A DNA stretch of 64,000 bases, from contig CASFSP010000038.1 in NCBI GenBank assembly GCA_949297385.1, positions 1,308-65,307 on the forward strand, written 5' to 3'. This document shows, in pieces, positions 47,718 to 57,148 of this stretch. The notes under the pieces were generated by a model, which saw only the letters and a list, made by a program, of their open reading frames with translations, did no database searches and had not been told where the DNA came from. The translations under genes and the position numbers were made by a program. The stretch comes from an uncultured Oscillospiraceae bacterium (GTDB lineage: Bacteria > Bacillota > Clostridia > Oscillospirales > Ruminococcaceae). Each line of letters starts with the position of its first letter. Within the stretch, counting starts at the first letter, position 1.

Positions 47718-48236
47718 TCACAGTGTGCGCCAGCGGGCGGATTTTTCCAGGACAACCTCGCCTTTTTCCAGAGAGGCGGGGACATTTATCACCCTTTGGT
47801 TCAAAGAACCTTTGAAGCCGGCATCAAGGCTGCGCTGAGCTAGGATAAACGGGCCGTCAATAAGTATGTCCAGATATTCCAGCAGTTTGTATTTGGCGTC
47901 GGCTTTGTCTTTGATAAAATCCTCGAACAAAAAGCCTGTATAGGCGGCAATTTCATAGCCGTCAGCTTTCAGCAGCTGTGCCAGCCGGCAGAAAGCTTCC
48001 CGCTGGCAGAAAGGCTCGCCGCCGGAGAAGGTCACACCTTTTACCAGCGGGTCTTTTTTTATCATTTTGTATATATCTTCCACCCGGTATTTTTCACCGG
48101 TGCCAAAAGGGTGGGTTTCCGGGTTGTGGCAGCCGGGGCAGTTGTGTATACATCCCTGGCAGAACACCGTAAAACGCAGGCCGGGGCCGTCGGTTATGCT
48201 GTTGGGCGCAAAGCCCGATATATCAATTATTGCCAT
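47718..48236 (-). CDS. nrdG: Anaerobic ribonucleoside-triphosphate reductase activating protein
   Basis: ITDGPGLRFTVFCQGCIHNCPGCHNPETH radical SAM cluster, about 170 aa. Confidence 0.88.
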   Translation of the reverse strand: MAIIDISGFAPNSITDGPGLRFTVFCQGCIHNCPGCHNPETHPFGTGEKYRVEDIYKMIKKDPLVKGVTFSGGEPFCQREAFCRLAQLLKADGYEIAAYTGFLFEDFIKDKADAKYKLLEYLDILIDGPFILAQRSLDAGFKGSLNQRVINVPASLEKGEVVLEKSARWRTL

Positions 48237-48251
48237 AGATTATCCTTCCTT

Positions 48252-48818
48252 TCAGTCGTAGTGCTGTTTGGCGCTGATTTTATCATTTATCAGCGCAAAT
48301 ATATAATGGTCTTCCCACTCTTCGTTCACTTCCAGACATTTGCGGCACAGGCCCTCCTGCTGAAAGCCGAATTTTCTCATTATCCGCAGGCTTTTTTCAT
48401 TGCGCGGCATGACCAGCGCTTCCAGGCGGTGCAGCTGCAATATGTTGAAGCAAAAATCGATAAGCTCTTTCACTGCTTCGCTGCACAGGCCCATATTGCG
48501 GTAATCCTTGTCTATCTTATATGAAATTGTGCCGCTTTTTACACTGCCGAACAGTATGGAGCCCACACATACGGTGCCTATTATCTTTTTTTCACCTTTG
48601 AGTGTGAGATAATATCGGTATTCCCGCCCGCGCAAAGCGTCTTTATAGTCCAGCTTCAGCAGCTGTTTCTGGCCTTTTTGGGTATAAAAAGCGGAGGGGC
48701 GTGCCGGCTCGGTATCAGCCAGGGCCTCTTTGTTGCGGCTGTTGAACCGGGCCACCTCGCCGGCCAGGCGCGGATTGGCAAGGGTGAGATACATTCTGTC
48801 GCTGACCAGCATATACAT
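48252..48818 (-). CDS. GNAT family N-acetyltransferase (RimJ/RimL-like)
   Basis: Core RNMGLCSEAVKELIDFCF...LHRLEALVMPRNEKSLRIMRKFGF. ATG 48818 has better SD spacing than the track's TTG 48824. Confidence 0.8.
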   Translation of the reverse strand: MYMLVSDRMYLTLANPRLAGEVARFNSRNKEALADTEPARPSAFYTQKGQKQLLKLDYKDALRGREYRYYLTLKGEKKIIGTVCVGSILFGSVKSGTISYKIDKDYRNMGLCSEAVKELIDFCFNILQLHRLEALVMPRNEKSLRIMRKFGFQQEGLCRKCLEVNEEWEDHYIFALINDKISAKQHYD

Positions 48819-48971
48819 GGGCAAAACCTCTTTCTTTTGATAAATGCTATTGTTTAAAAATTAAAAATATAGTATTATATTATGGTAGCCGTATATGGCG
48901 TTATATTGTTTATTATACGCCATATAAATGGCGCTATCAAGCTAAAAAACATTAAGTGAGGTAACAACAAA

Positions 48972-50060
48972 ATGTTTTCCCTTAAAGCGAGAACTGACAG
49001 GCTGAGAAAGGTACTGGAACTGATAAGGGCCGATGCCTGTATAGTCAAAAGCGAGGCGGCGCGCCGCTATCTGACGGGTATTTCCACTACTGCCGGCATG
49101 GTTGTGGTGACAAGGACAGGCAACAGGTATTTTCTGGCCGACCGGAGATATGAAGAATTTGCCACAAGAAATCTTTCACCCCTGGGCTTTACAGTAAGGA
49201 CGGTGGGACGGCAGGCAGAATATGCCATGTTTATCAACGAAATAATTCAGTCGGACAAGATAAAGGTGGCATTGCTGGAAAGCAACGCTGTCAGCCATGA
49301 AGATTATCTGGAGATGGAAAACGCGCTGTATGCCAAGGTTCTGCCGCTGAAAACCCAGCTGGACAAGCTGAGAATGATAAAAGACCTGGACGAAGTGGAG
49401 AACATCAAAACCGCCCAGAGAATAAGCGAAAAAAGCTTTGAAGACCTGCTGCCTTTTATAAAACCGGGCGTCAGCGAAAAGCAGATACAGGCCAAGCTGG
49501 TACAGCTGATGCTGGAAAACGGCTCTGACCTGGAAAAATTCCATATCTGCTGTGTTTCCGGGGCCAATTCCAGCCTGATAAACGGCCAGGCCACCGACAA
49601 AAAGATTGAAAAAGGCGACAATATAATGCTGGAATTCGGTGCGGTGTACAACGGATACCGCAGCGACATGGCCCGCACCATAGTGGTGGGCAAAGCCAGC
49701 GAAGAATTTAAAAACGCATACAAAATTGTGCAGAACGCCTGCGTCATAGGTCAGAGATACATCAAAAAAGGTGTGTCCGGCCGCGCGGCAGATGCGCAGA
49801 TACGCCAATATATCGAGGAAAACGGATACAAAAATTACTTTCCCCATTCCCTGGGTCACGGCATAGGAATACAGCTGTACGAAGGCCCGTCACTGGCGGC
49901 GGATTCCACCGATGTGCTGACAGCCGGCCATGTGGTAACGCTGGAGCCGGGCATATACATCAAGGAAAAATTCGGCATTAGGATAGAAGATCTGCTGTAC
50001 ATATCAAATCTGGGCACCGAAAACCTGACCAGAACCACAAAAGAACTGATAGAGCTGTAA
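48972..50060 (+). CDS. M24 family Xaa-Pro aminopeptidase
   Basis: HSLGHGIGIQLYEGP and the VVTLEPGIY...IRIED metal ligands. Confidence 0.88.
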   Translation: MFSLKARTDRLRKVLELIRADACIVKSEAARRYLTGISTTAGMVVVTRTGNRYFLADRRYEEFATRNLSPLGFTVRTVGRQAEYAMFINEIIQSDKIKVALLESNAVSHEDYLEMENALYAKVLPLKTQLDKLRMIKDLDEVENIKTAQRISEKSFEDLLPFIKPGVSEKQIQAKLVQLMLENGSDLEKFHICCVSGANSSLINGQATDKKIEKGDNIMLEFGAVYNGYRSDMARTIVVGKASEEFKNAYKIVQNACVIGQRYIKKGVSGRAADAQIRQYIEENGYKNYFPHSLGHGIGIQLYEGPSLAADSTDVLTAGHVVTLEPGIYIKEKFGIRIEDLLYISNLGTENLTRTTKELIEL

Positions 50061-50116
50061 TCTTTCGGGGCCACGGCCTGCCGGCCGCGGCTCCTTTGTT
50101 TTTAAAGGAGTAAAAA

Positions 50117-51574
50117 TTGACTGAAAATATTTCAAAGAGAAATTTTGTAATAGGCCTTTCTCTTGTATTTATATTGTTTTTTAAATACCTGCCGGCGCCG
50201 GCGGGACTGTCCCGGCGGGCTATGCAGGTGACGGGAATATTCATCGGCGTGCTGATACTGTGGATGAACATCGGCATACACTGGCCCAGCATGCTGTGCA
50301 TTGCAGCGCTGGGATTTGTGCCGGGGCTGACCATGTCCGGCATGCTGAGCGCCGGTTTCGGCAACGCCACCTTTGCCTTTCTCATGTTCACATTCATGTG
50401 CACCTACACCGTCAGCCAGACGCCGTTTATACGCCGCTGTGCCGTGGCTTTTCTCACCTCAAAGGCCGCCGGCAAAGGCCCCTGGGCTTTTGTATGCCGG
50501 TACTTTGCCAGCGTGGTGTTTCTGGGCTGTTTTATGTCCCCCACGGTGCTGGTGGTGGTGCTGATAGCGGTTACCGAAGAAATTTTTGCCATACTGGGAC
50601 TGAAAAAGGGCGACAAACTGGCGGCAATGATGATGATGGGCATGGTTTTTTGCTCCGGAATTGCCGCAGGCATGACCCCCATTGCCCATGTTTTCCCGAT
50701 GATGGCCATGGGATATTACACCACGGCCACAGGCGCCACCATAGGTTATGGACAATATATGGCCGCCGGTATTCCTGCCGGAATACTGCGGACAGCTGCC
50801 ATGGTGCTTATTTTCCGCCTGTTTTTAAAACCGGATATGTCTGCGCTGGAAAACGCCGATGTTTCAGCGCTGAAAAACAGCCTGCCTCCAGCGGAAAAAA
50901 AGGAGAAATATTCTCTGATAATATTTTTTACAGTTATAGCCCTGTGGGTACTGCCGGAGTTTATAAAACCGGTTTTCCCATCGGTTTACAGTTACATAAA
51001 CAGCCTGGGCACAGCCATGCCGCCGCTGCTGGGTGCAGTGGCCATGGGAATTGTGACCGCCGACGGCAAGCCTTTGCTGGATTTTAACCGGGCCACAAGC
51101 AAGGGAATACCCTGGGCCAGCCTGATTATGGTGGGTGCAACTTTGGCCCTGGGCAGCGCCATGACCAACGGAGATATAGGCCTGACAGCATTTATCAGTG
51201 AAAAAATTGCTCCTGTGGCCGCCGGACTGGGCGCTGTGGGACTGGTGATACTGTTTGCTACATGGGCGGCGGTGCAGACCAACCTGTCCTCCAACATGGT
51301 GACAGTAACCGTGGTGTGCGCCATAGCCCTGCCGCTGTCCCTGGCGGGCGGTATGACCAACACCGCGGCAATTGCCTGCATTATAGGCATGATGGCTTCC
51401 TACGCCTTTGCCACTCCTCCGGCCATGGCCACGATAGTTTTTGCCATAGGCTCCGGCTGGGTGGATACAAAACAGTTTGCCAAATACGGCTTCGCCCTGA
51501 TGGCGGCCGGCATAGTAATAGCCTGTGCCGTTGCCTACCCCATAGCGGCGGCGATTATGTCATCCATGGCATAA
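50117..51574 (+). CDS. Anion permease of the DASS/SLC13 (ArsB/NhaD) superfamily
   Basis: TTG start with RBS AAAGGAG. About 12-14 helices, with hairpin-like SxT/SSN motifs. Substrate unknown. Confidence 0.55.
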   Translation: MTENISKRNFVIGLSLVFILFFKYLPAPAGLSRRAMQVTGIFIGVLILWMNIGIHWPSMLCIAALGFVPGLTMSGMLSAGFGNATFAFLMFTFMCTYTVSQTPFIRRCAVAFLTSKAAGKGPWAFVCRYFASVVFLGCFMSPTVLVVVLIAVTEEIFAILGLKKGDKLAAMMMMGMVFCSGIAAGMTPIAHVFPMMAMGYYTTATGATIGYGQYMAAGIPAGILRTAAMVLIFRLFLKPDMSALENADVSALKNSLPPAEKKEKYSLIIFFTVIALWVLPEFIKPVFPSVYSYINSLGTAMPPLLGAVAMGIVTADGKPLLDFNRATSKGIPWASLIMVGATLALGSAMTNGDIGLTAFISEKIAPVAAGLGAVGLVILFATWAAVQTNLSSNMVTVTVVCAIALPLSLAGGMTNTAAIACIIGMMASYAFATPPAMATIVFAIGSGWVDTKQFAKYGFALMAAGIVIACAVAYPIAAAIMSSMA

Positions 51575-51616
51575 CAAAAGGCTGATATAAGCCGGCATAA
51601 TATAATAGTTTACTGC

Positions 51617-51655
51617 AAAAAGCGGCGGAAAATTTCCGCCGCTTTTTATTTTTTG
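51617..51655 (+). terminator. Rho-independent terminator
   Basis: Stem AGCGGCGGAAA/TTTCCGCCGCT followed by TTTTTATTTTTT. Confidence 0.85.
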
Positions 51656-51881
51656 CAGAAAAGCTTTTAATGCTTTCCGGCCGTAACCGCAGGACTGCCG
51701 GCCGGAAATTTCTGTCTTATATACCGCCAAACAGCAAATTTTATGCACACCGACCGATTAACTGCAAAGGGCTGTGGGTACAATTGACAATACAGAAAAG
51801 CCGCATCGCCTGTGGCGGCTGATAAAGAAAATTGTCCACCGCTGATTTTGCTTTTCAGACAGGTTTCCAAAAAGCTTTGCA

Positions 51882-51917
51882 CAAAACAGACAGCCGGCAT
51901 AGTGCCGGCTGTCTGTT
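51882..51917 (-). terminator. Rho-independent terminator of ung
   Basis: 13-bp stem ACAGACAGCCGGC/GCCGGCTGTCTGT. Confidence 0.8.
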
Positions 51918-52595
51918 TTATTGTTTTTCTATTGTCCAGTCTATGGGCCGCATACCGTGGGCGGTCAGAAAATCGTTGGCCTTTCTGAAATGGCCGCAGC
52001 CGAAAAAGCCGCGGTAGGCGGACAGGGGGCTGGGGTGGGGGCTGGTAAGCACCAGGTGCTTTGTCTCGTCTATAAATTTACGCTTGCTGATGGCGTGGCT
52101 GCCCCACAGAATAAACACACAGGGGGTCTGCCTTTCGTTGAGCTTTTTAATCACATTGTCGGTGAAAATCTGCCAGCCGGCGTCCTTGTGGCTGTTGGCG
52201 GCATGGGCGCGTACCGTAAGAGTGGTGTTGAGCAGCAGCACCCCCTGCTGTGCCCATTTGGTAAGACACCCGTAATCCGACGGCATTTTTACACCGTATT
52301 CTGCCTCGATCTCCTTGTAGATATTCACCAGGGAAGGGGGAGGCATGATACCTTTCTGCACAGAAAAAGACAGGCCGTGGGCCTGGTTTGGGCCGTGGTA
52401 CGGGTCCTGTCCCAGTATAACCACTTTGGTGCCGGCATAGGAAGTGTATTTCAGCGCGTTGAATATATCATACATATCCGGATATATTGTGTGGTGGGCA
52501 TATTCACTTTTCAGAAACCGGCGCAGTTTCAGATAATATTCCTTGTCAAATTCACCTTTCAGCACCCGGTCCCAGTCATTTCCGATATTTACCAT
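51918..52595 (-). CDS. ung: Uracil-DNA glycosylase (family 1)
   Basis: [22 protein letters not shown] and the HPSPLSA motif. Confidence 0.96.
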   Translation of the reverse strand: MVNIGNDWDRVLKGEFDKEYYLKLRRFLKSEYAHHTIYPDMYDIFNALKYTSYAGTKVVILGQDPYHGPNQAHGLSFSVQKGIMPPPSLVNIYKEIEAEYGVKMPSDYGCLTKWAQQGVLLLNTTLTVRAHAANSHKDAGWQIFTDNVIKKLNERQTPCVFILWGSHAISKRKFIDETKHLVLTSPHPSPLSAYRGFFGCGHFRKANDFLTAHGMRPIDWTIEKQ

Positions 52596-52692
52596 TTTTC
52601 CGCCTCCTTTTTATTTTAATATTTTACGATAAAGGGGAAAATTTTTCAACATCCGGTCGAAATGCTGTGGAAAACTTTTGAGGGCAAAAAAT

Positions 52693-52716
52693 AAAAGGGG
52701 TAAAAACCCCTTTTAT
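52693..52716 (-). terminator. Rho-independent terminator of the mrp-like gene
   Basis: Stem AAAAGGGG/CCCCTTTT. Confidence 0.6.
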
Positions 52717-52718
52717 AA

Positions 52719-53555
52719 TTATTTTTCCAGCAATTTTTCCACCGCTGCCATAGCGCCGTCCATATAGTCGCCTTCGAACAGTTCGATAACGCCCTGGTCG
52801 CAGTTTTTGGCCAGCTGAGGGTCAATAGGCAGGTGAGCCAGCACCGGCAGACCGTATTTGTCCGCTGTTTCCTTTACCTTGCCTTCGCCGAAAACATAGA
52901 TTTTCTTGCCGCAGTCGGGGCAGGTGACATAGCTCATGTTTTCCACCAGGCCCAGCACCGGGATATTCATCATGTTGGCCATCTTTACAGCCTTTTCCAC
53001 AATCATGGATACCAGTTCCTGGGGAGAGGCAACGATGATGATGCCGTCAACCGGCAGTGACTGGAAAACTGTCAGCGGCACATCGCCTGTTCCGGGAGGC
53101 ATGTCGATGAACATAAAGTCCACATCGTCCCAGATTACATCTGTCCAGAACTGTTTTACAGCGTTGGAAATGATGGCGCCGCGCCAGATAACCGGGTCGG
53201 TTTCATCCGGCAGCAGGAAGTTGACGCTCATCAGGCTGATACCTGTTTTGCTTTTTACCGGCAATATACCCAGGTTGTTGGCCATTGCCTTTTCTTTTAT
53301 GCCAAAGGTGCGTCCGATAGACGGGCCGGTGATGTCAGCGTCCAGAACAGCTGTCTTGTAGCCCAGACGATTGGCGGATACCGCCATCATGCTGGTCACC
53401 AGACTTTTGCCAACGCCGCCTTTGCCGCTTACAACGCCTATAACCTTTTTGATATGGCTCATTTCATGGGGGGCTTCCTTGGCTGGAGCGCCCGCGTTTT
53501 CCCTGCTGGCGCAGTTTGCAGAGCAGGAAGAACAATCGTGATTACATTCTGCCAT
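52719..53555 (-). CDS. Mrp/NBP35/ApbC-type Fe-S cluster carrier ATPase
   Basis: Deviant Walker A SGKGGVGKS. Cys-rich N-terminus CNHDCSSCSANC. CPDCG motif. Confidence 0.88.
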   Translation of the reverse strand: MAECNHDCSSCSANCASRENAGAPAKEAPHEMSHIKKVIGVVSGKGGVGKSLVTSMMAVSANRLGYKTAVLDADITGPSIGRTFGIKEKAMANNLGILPVKSKTGISLMSVNFLLPDETDPVIWRGAIISNAVKQFWTDVIWDDVDFMFIDMPPGTGDVPLTVFQSLPVDGIIIVASPQELVSMIVEKAVKMANMMNIPVLGLVENMSYVTCPDCGKKIYVFGEGKVKETADKYGLPVLAHLPIDPQLAKNCDQGVIELFEGDYMDGAMAAVEKLLEK

Positions 53556-53647
53556 GATTTAAACTCCTTTTTGATATACAAATACAGTATATTTTTCTAT
53601 ATTAGTATAGCACTTTTCCCCACTCTGTCAAGGCGGCCGGTCACAGT

Positions 53648-54073
53648 TTAAAATCCGGAATATCTTTCGTGAGCCTGTTTGAGATAATTCAGATAGCCTT
53701 TGGCCAGTTCTTTTACATCTTCGCTTTCATCGGTAGCATTTTGCAGGTTTTCCGTCAGGCTGGCGATACCTTTTTCATAGCCTGTTGCCAGCATATCGCA
53801 CAGCTTGGCTGTATCCTTATTGAAAAATGTCTTCATGTCTATGGCAAATTCTGTGCCTTTCTGCGCCATTTCCGTAAGGCCTTTCAGCTGACGGTCGCCG
53901 CGCATCTTTACAATGGCCGCCTGGAATTTTTCAAAGGCCTGCATATCTTCCAGCAGGGCCCGGCGCAGTTTTTCATCCTCGCTGATTTCTATCAGATGTT
54001 TTGTGGACAGCAATGCCATCTGCAAGTTGCCGTACAAAAAATAAATAAGTCCTTTTTCCTGTTCTTTTTCCAT
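53648..54073 (-). CDS. Hypothetical 141-aa all-helical protein
   Basis: ATG 54073 with RBS GGAGGTG (the track start 54160 overlaps the upstream gene). No family recognised. Confidence 0.55.
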   Translation of the reverse strand: MEKEQEKGLIYFLYGNLQMALLSTKHLIEISEDEKLRRALLEDMQAFEKFQAAIVKMRGDRQLKGLTEMAQKGTEFAIDMKTFFNKDTAKLCDMLATGYEKGIASLTENLQNATDESEDVKELAKGYLNYLKQAHERYSGF

Positions 54074-54120
54074 AAAAAACACCTCCGGTGCTATTGTGCA
54101 CAGGAGGCGGTTTTTTATTC

Positions 54121-54777
54121 TTATTTGTTCAGCGGACAGTTTTTGATGCAGATGCCGCACACGGCGCCGCGGCCGATTTTTTTAAACCGGCTTTTCATGT
54201 AGTTACTGCATTTTTCGGCATCAAAAAATTCCCGTCTGTCCATGCCCTCATGCCAGCTTTTGCCGGAAATTGCGCCGGAGGGGCACACCTGCCGGCAGAT
54301 GTTGCAGCCGGTACAAGGGTTGGGGGGCAAGACCTTCGGGCTTTCAAAGGGGCAGTCGGTAAACAATGTGCCCAGGCGCACCCTGGCGCCGAAATCCTTG
54401 TGCAGGAAAAGACAGGAATTGCCTATACTGCCCAGGCCGCACAGCCTGGCCGCCGCCTTGTGGGAAAAGCGGCCGCGGTAGTTCCAGCCTTCGTCGTTTA
54501 TGCTCTGGCTGGCGGCGACGGTGATAAATTTATATCCGTGGCTTTGCAGCACAAGGCCTGCCTGCAACAGACACTGGTCGATGAAAAAGTTTACCGTGCG
54601 GTAGTGATTAAAATAAGTATGGGTGGGTTTGTCCGTAATTTCGTCTATAATGGCGTCGGACAGCTTTACCACTATGCTCATGGCATTGTTAAGGCCGCCC
54701 AGGCCCTCCTCCATGTGGCAGAAGCCCACATCGCTGACACCTAATGACAGCATTTTTTCTCTTAAAATCTTTTCCAT
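54121..54777 (-). CDS. QueG-like 4Fe-4S protein (short epoxyqueuosine-reductase-family form)
   Basis: CTGCNICRQVCP and CGICIKNCP cluster motifs. The N-terminal fold resembles the QueG/RDH family. Confidence 0.55.
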   Translation of the reverse strand: MEKILREKMLSLGVSDVGFCHMEEGLGGLNNAMSIVVKLSDAIIDEITDKPTHTYFNHYRTVNFFIDQCLLQAGLVLQSHGYKFITVAASQSINDEGWNYRGRFSHKAAARLCGLGSIGNSCLFLHKDFGARVRLGTLFTDCPFESPKVLPPNPCTGCNICRQVCPSGAISGKSWHEGMDRREFFDAEKCSNYMKSRFKKIGRGAVCGICIKNCPLNK

Positions 54778-54899
54778 TGTTTCACCTCTTTATATCTTTA
54801 TATTAACAGAAAGGCATGCGGCGGGCAATATAAATATTCTATTTGCAAAAGATGTGCAAATATGGTATTCTTGCACATATTAAAGTTTTGGGGGACAAA

Positions 54900-56054
54900 A
54901 TGAAAAGCAAAAGGAATTCTGACAGGCAGGCATATATACTTTTGGCGGTGATAGCGGTGGTCTTTGGCATACCGGCAAAAATAATGGGTACCGGCAATCT
55001 GTTCAACACCATAATGAACACCGCCCACGACCTGCTGCTGAACACTGTTTTTTACATAATGGCCATATCGGTGGTGACCGGGGCGCTGTCATCGCTGATG
55101 GCCGAATTCGGGGTTATCAGCCTGCTGAACAGACTGATGCGACCGCTGATGAGGCCGCTGTACGGCCTGCCCGGGGCGGCCAGCCTGGGGATTTTATCCA
55201 CCTTTGTTTCAGACAACCCGGCCATACTGTCACTGGCAAAAAATGACAGCTTTATAAAATATTTCAAAGAATATCAGGTGCCGGCCCTCTGCAACCTGGG
55301 CACCAGCTTCGGCATGGGTATGATACTGGCCAGCTATATGATAGGTCTGGGAGTACCCGGCACTATAAGCGCAGTATTTATAGGTGTCGGCGGCGCAGTT
55401 GTAGGCAGCCTGGTGTCTGTTGCCCTGATGCTGAAAAAAACCGCAAAATACTATAACATTGACAAAGCCACGCTGAAAAAAGAAAGAAGTCACCGGGCGG
55501 ATACAGGTTTTGAAAACGAAGTACCTGCCACACAGGGTTCTGTGGCCGAAAGGGCGCTGAACAGCATACTGGAAGGCGGCAAAACCGGCGTCGGCCTGGG
55601 TATGGACATTATACCCGGTGTGCTGTGTATATGCACATTTGTAATGATACTGACCTTCGGCGCGCCGGCTGACGGCGTTTACACCGGGGCCGCCTATGAG
55701 GGTATAGCCCTGCTGCCGAAGATCGGGCGGCTGATTTCACCGCTGACAAAAGTGCTGTTCGGCTTTTATGACCCGTCGGCAATCGCTTTCCCTATAACCA
55801 GCCTGGGCGCCACCGGGGCCGCTATGGCGCTGGTTCCGCAGATGATAGCCACAGGCGCCGCCGGCGCCAACGAAATAGCGGTGTTCACCGCCATGGGTAT
55901 GTGCTGGTCCGGCTATCTGTCCACCCATATATCCATGATGGACGCTCTGGACAAAAGGCAGTTTATAAAAGACGCTATAATCAGCCACACAATAGGCGGG
56001 CTTGCCGCCGGAGTGACCGCCCATTACATCTGGGTGCTTGTCAGCCTGTTGTAA
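54900..56054 (+). CDS. Nucleoside-recognition (Gate) domain membrane protein
   Basis: ATG 54900 (RBS GGGGGA). Polytopic, with an ...FVSDNPAILSL... Gate-like segment. Confidence 0.5.
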   Translation: MKSKRNSDRQAYILLAVIAVVFGIPAKIMGTGNLFNTIMNTAHDLLLNTVFYIMAISVVTGALSSLMAEFGVISLLNRLMRPLMRPLYGLPGAASLGILSTFVSDNPAILSLAKNDSFIKYFKEYQVPALCNLGTSFGMGMILASYMIGLGVPGTISAVFIGVGGAVVGSLVSVALMLKKTAKYYNIDKATLKKERSHRADTGFENEVPATQGSVAERALNSILEGGKTGVGLGMDIIPGVLCICTFVMILTFGAPADGVYTGAAYEGIALLPKIGRLISPLTKVLFGFYDPSAIAFPITSLGATGAAMALVPQMIATGAAGANEIAVFTAMGMCWSGYLSTHISMMDALDKRQFIKDAIISHTIGGLAAGVTAHYIWVLVSLL

Positions 56055-56075
56055 CTGCGGCAGATCTTGTATAAA

Positions 56076-56110
56076 TAAAAACAGCGGCAAAAGCCGCTGT
56101 TTTGTTTTTT
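56076..56110. terminator. Bidirectional rho-independent terminator
   Basis: Stem ACAGCGGC-AAAA-GCCGCTGT with flanking A and T runs. Confidence 0.8.
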
Positions 56111-57077
56111 AGTTATTCCCAAACATAAACTCATTTCCGTCAACATCCTTGAAAGAGGAGGGAAAAAGCCTGTATCTGAGAAGTTTGAGCAAAAATCTTT
56201 TGTTCTTTACCGGATTTTTTATCCGCCGGCTCATCATTGCATCAAACATGTGCACAGTAAGCCTTTTATAGTCTTTTTCAGGCAGGTAATTGTAAAATTG
56301 AAGGCATTTTACAAGATAGTTTTTCATTGTAAGAAAAGACAGATCATACATGCCTCTTTCAGAAAAATAGTCTATCCTGTCCTGTAAAAACGGGAATATG
56401 TCCATTCTCTGCACTGCGGCGCTGGCACTCATTATGCTTCCGGGGCGCTTGGTGTAAAAATACAGCGGCTGTGCGCAGACTGCCGCGCTGTCCACCTTGT
56501 CAACAATATGATGAATTATCCCTTCGTCCTCGCATATTTTTCCGTCGGCAAACCTGACATTGTCAAAAATACTTCTGTGATACAGCTTGCCCCATACCAC
56601 CACATACATTATCTCCATTTTTGTATACAGGCGCAGGAAATAATCCCTTTGGGGTATAATTTCATCCGGATAAGCCATCAGCGGCACGCCTACTCTTTCC
56701 GGCGGTGTGGTTTCGTCGTTAAGGGCATAGCCGCACACCGACAGTTTTTTGCCGTTTTTTTCACACAAGTCCAGCAGTTTTTCCAAATAAAAAGGGCTTA
56801 CACAGTCGTCGCTGTCCACAAAGGCGATGTATTCGCCCTGTGCGATGTCCAGGCCGGTGTTGCGCGCCCGGCTTACGCCCCGGCCGTCCGAGGATACAAA
56901 GACTATTCTGCTGTCTTTGCTCCGGTACCGGCGGCAGATTTCGGCGCTGTCATCGGTGCTGTCATCATCGGACAGTATCAGCTGAAAATCTGTAAAACTC
57001 TGGCTTAAAATGCTGTCTATACATCTGGAAAGATATTTTCCGGTGTTGTGCACCGGCACTATTACGCTTATTTTCAT
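56109..57077 (-). CDS. Glycosyltransferase family 2
   Basis: ISVIVPVHNTGKYLSRCIDSILSQSF..LILSDDDSTDDS and the DxD motif VDSDD. Confidence 0.9.
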   Translation of the reverse strand: MKISVIVPVHNTGKYLSRCIDSILSQSFTDFQLILSDDDSTDDSAEICRRYRSKDSRIVFVSSDGRGVSRARNTGLDIAQGEYIAFVDSDDCVSPFYLEKLLDLCEKNGKKLSVCGYALNDETTPPERVGVPLMAYPDEIIPQRDYFLRLYTKMEIMYVVVWGKLYHRSIFDNVRFADGKICEDEGIIHHIVDKVDSAAVCAQPLYFYTKRPGSIMSASAAVQRMDIFPFLQDRIDYFSERGMYDLSFLTMKNYLVKCLQFYNYLPEKDYKRLTVHMFDAMMSRRIKNPVKNKRFLLKLLRYRLFPSSFKDVDGNEFMFGNN

Positions 57078-57148
57078 ATTATCACCTTTTTGTTACTGTA
57101 TTGATAATTATATCATTATTTAGTATACTTGCAACAGAGGTAAATGAT

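Noticed and set aside
50260-51087. A 275-aa same-strand, out-of-frame ORF inside the DASS-type transporter gene.
   Set aside because: Its Arg/His/Gly-rich translation is typical of an alternative frame of a hydrophobic GC-balanced gene. It has no RBS. The transporter frame gives a coherent polytopic protein.
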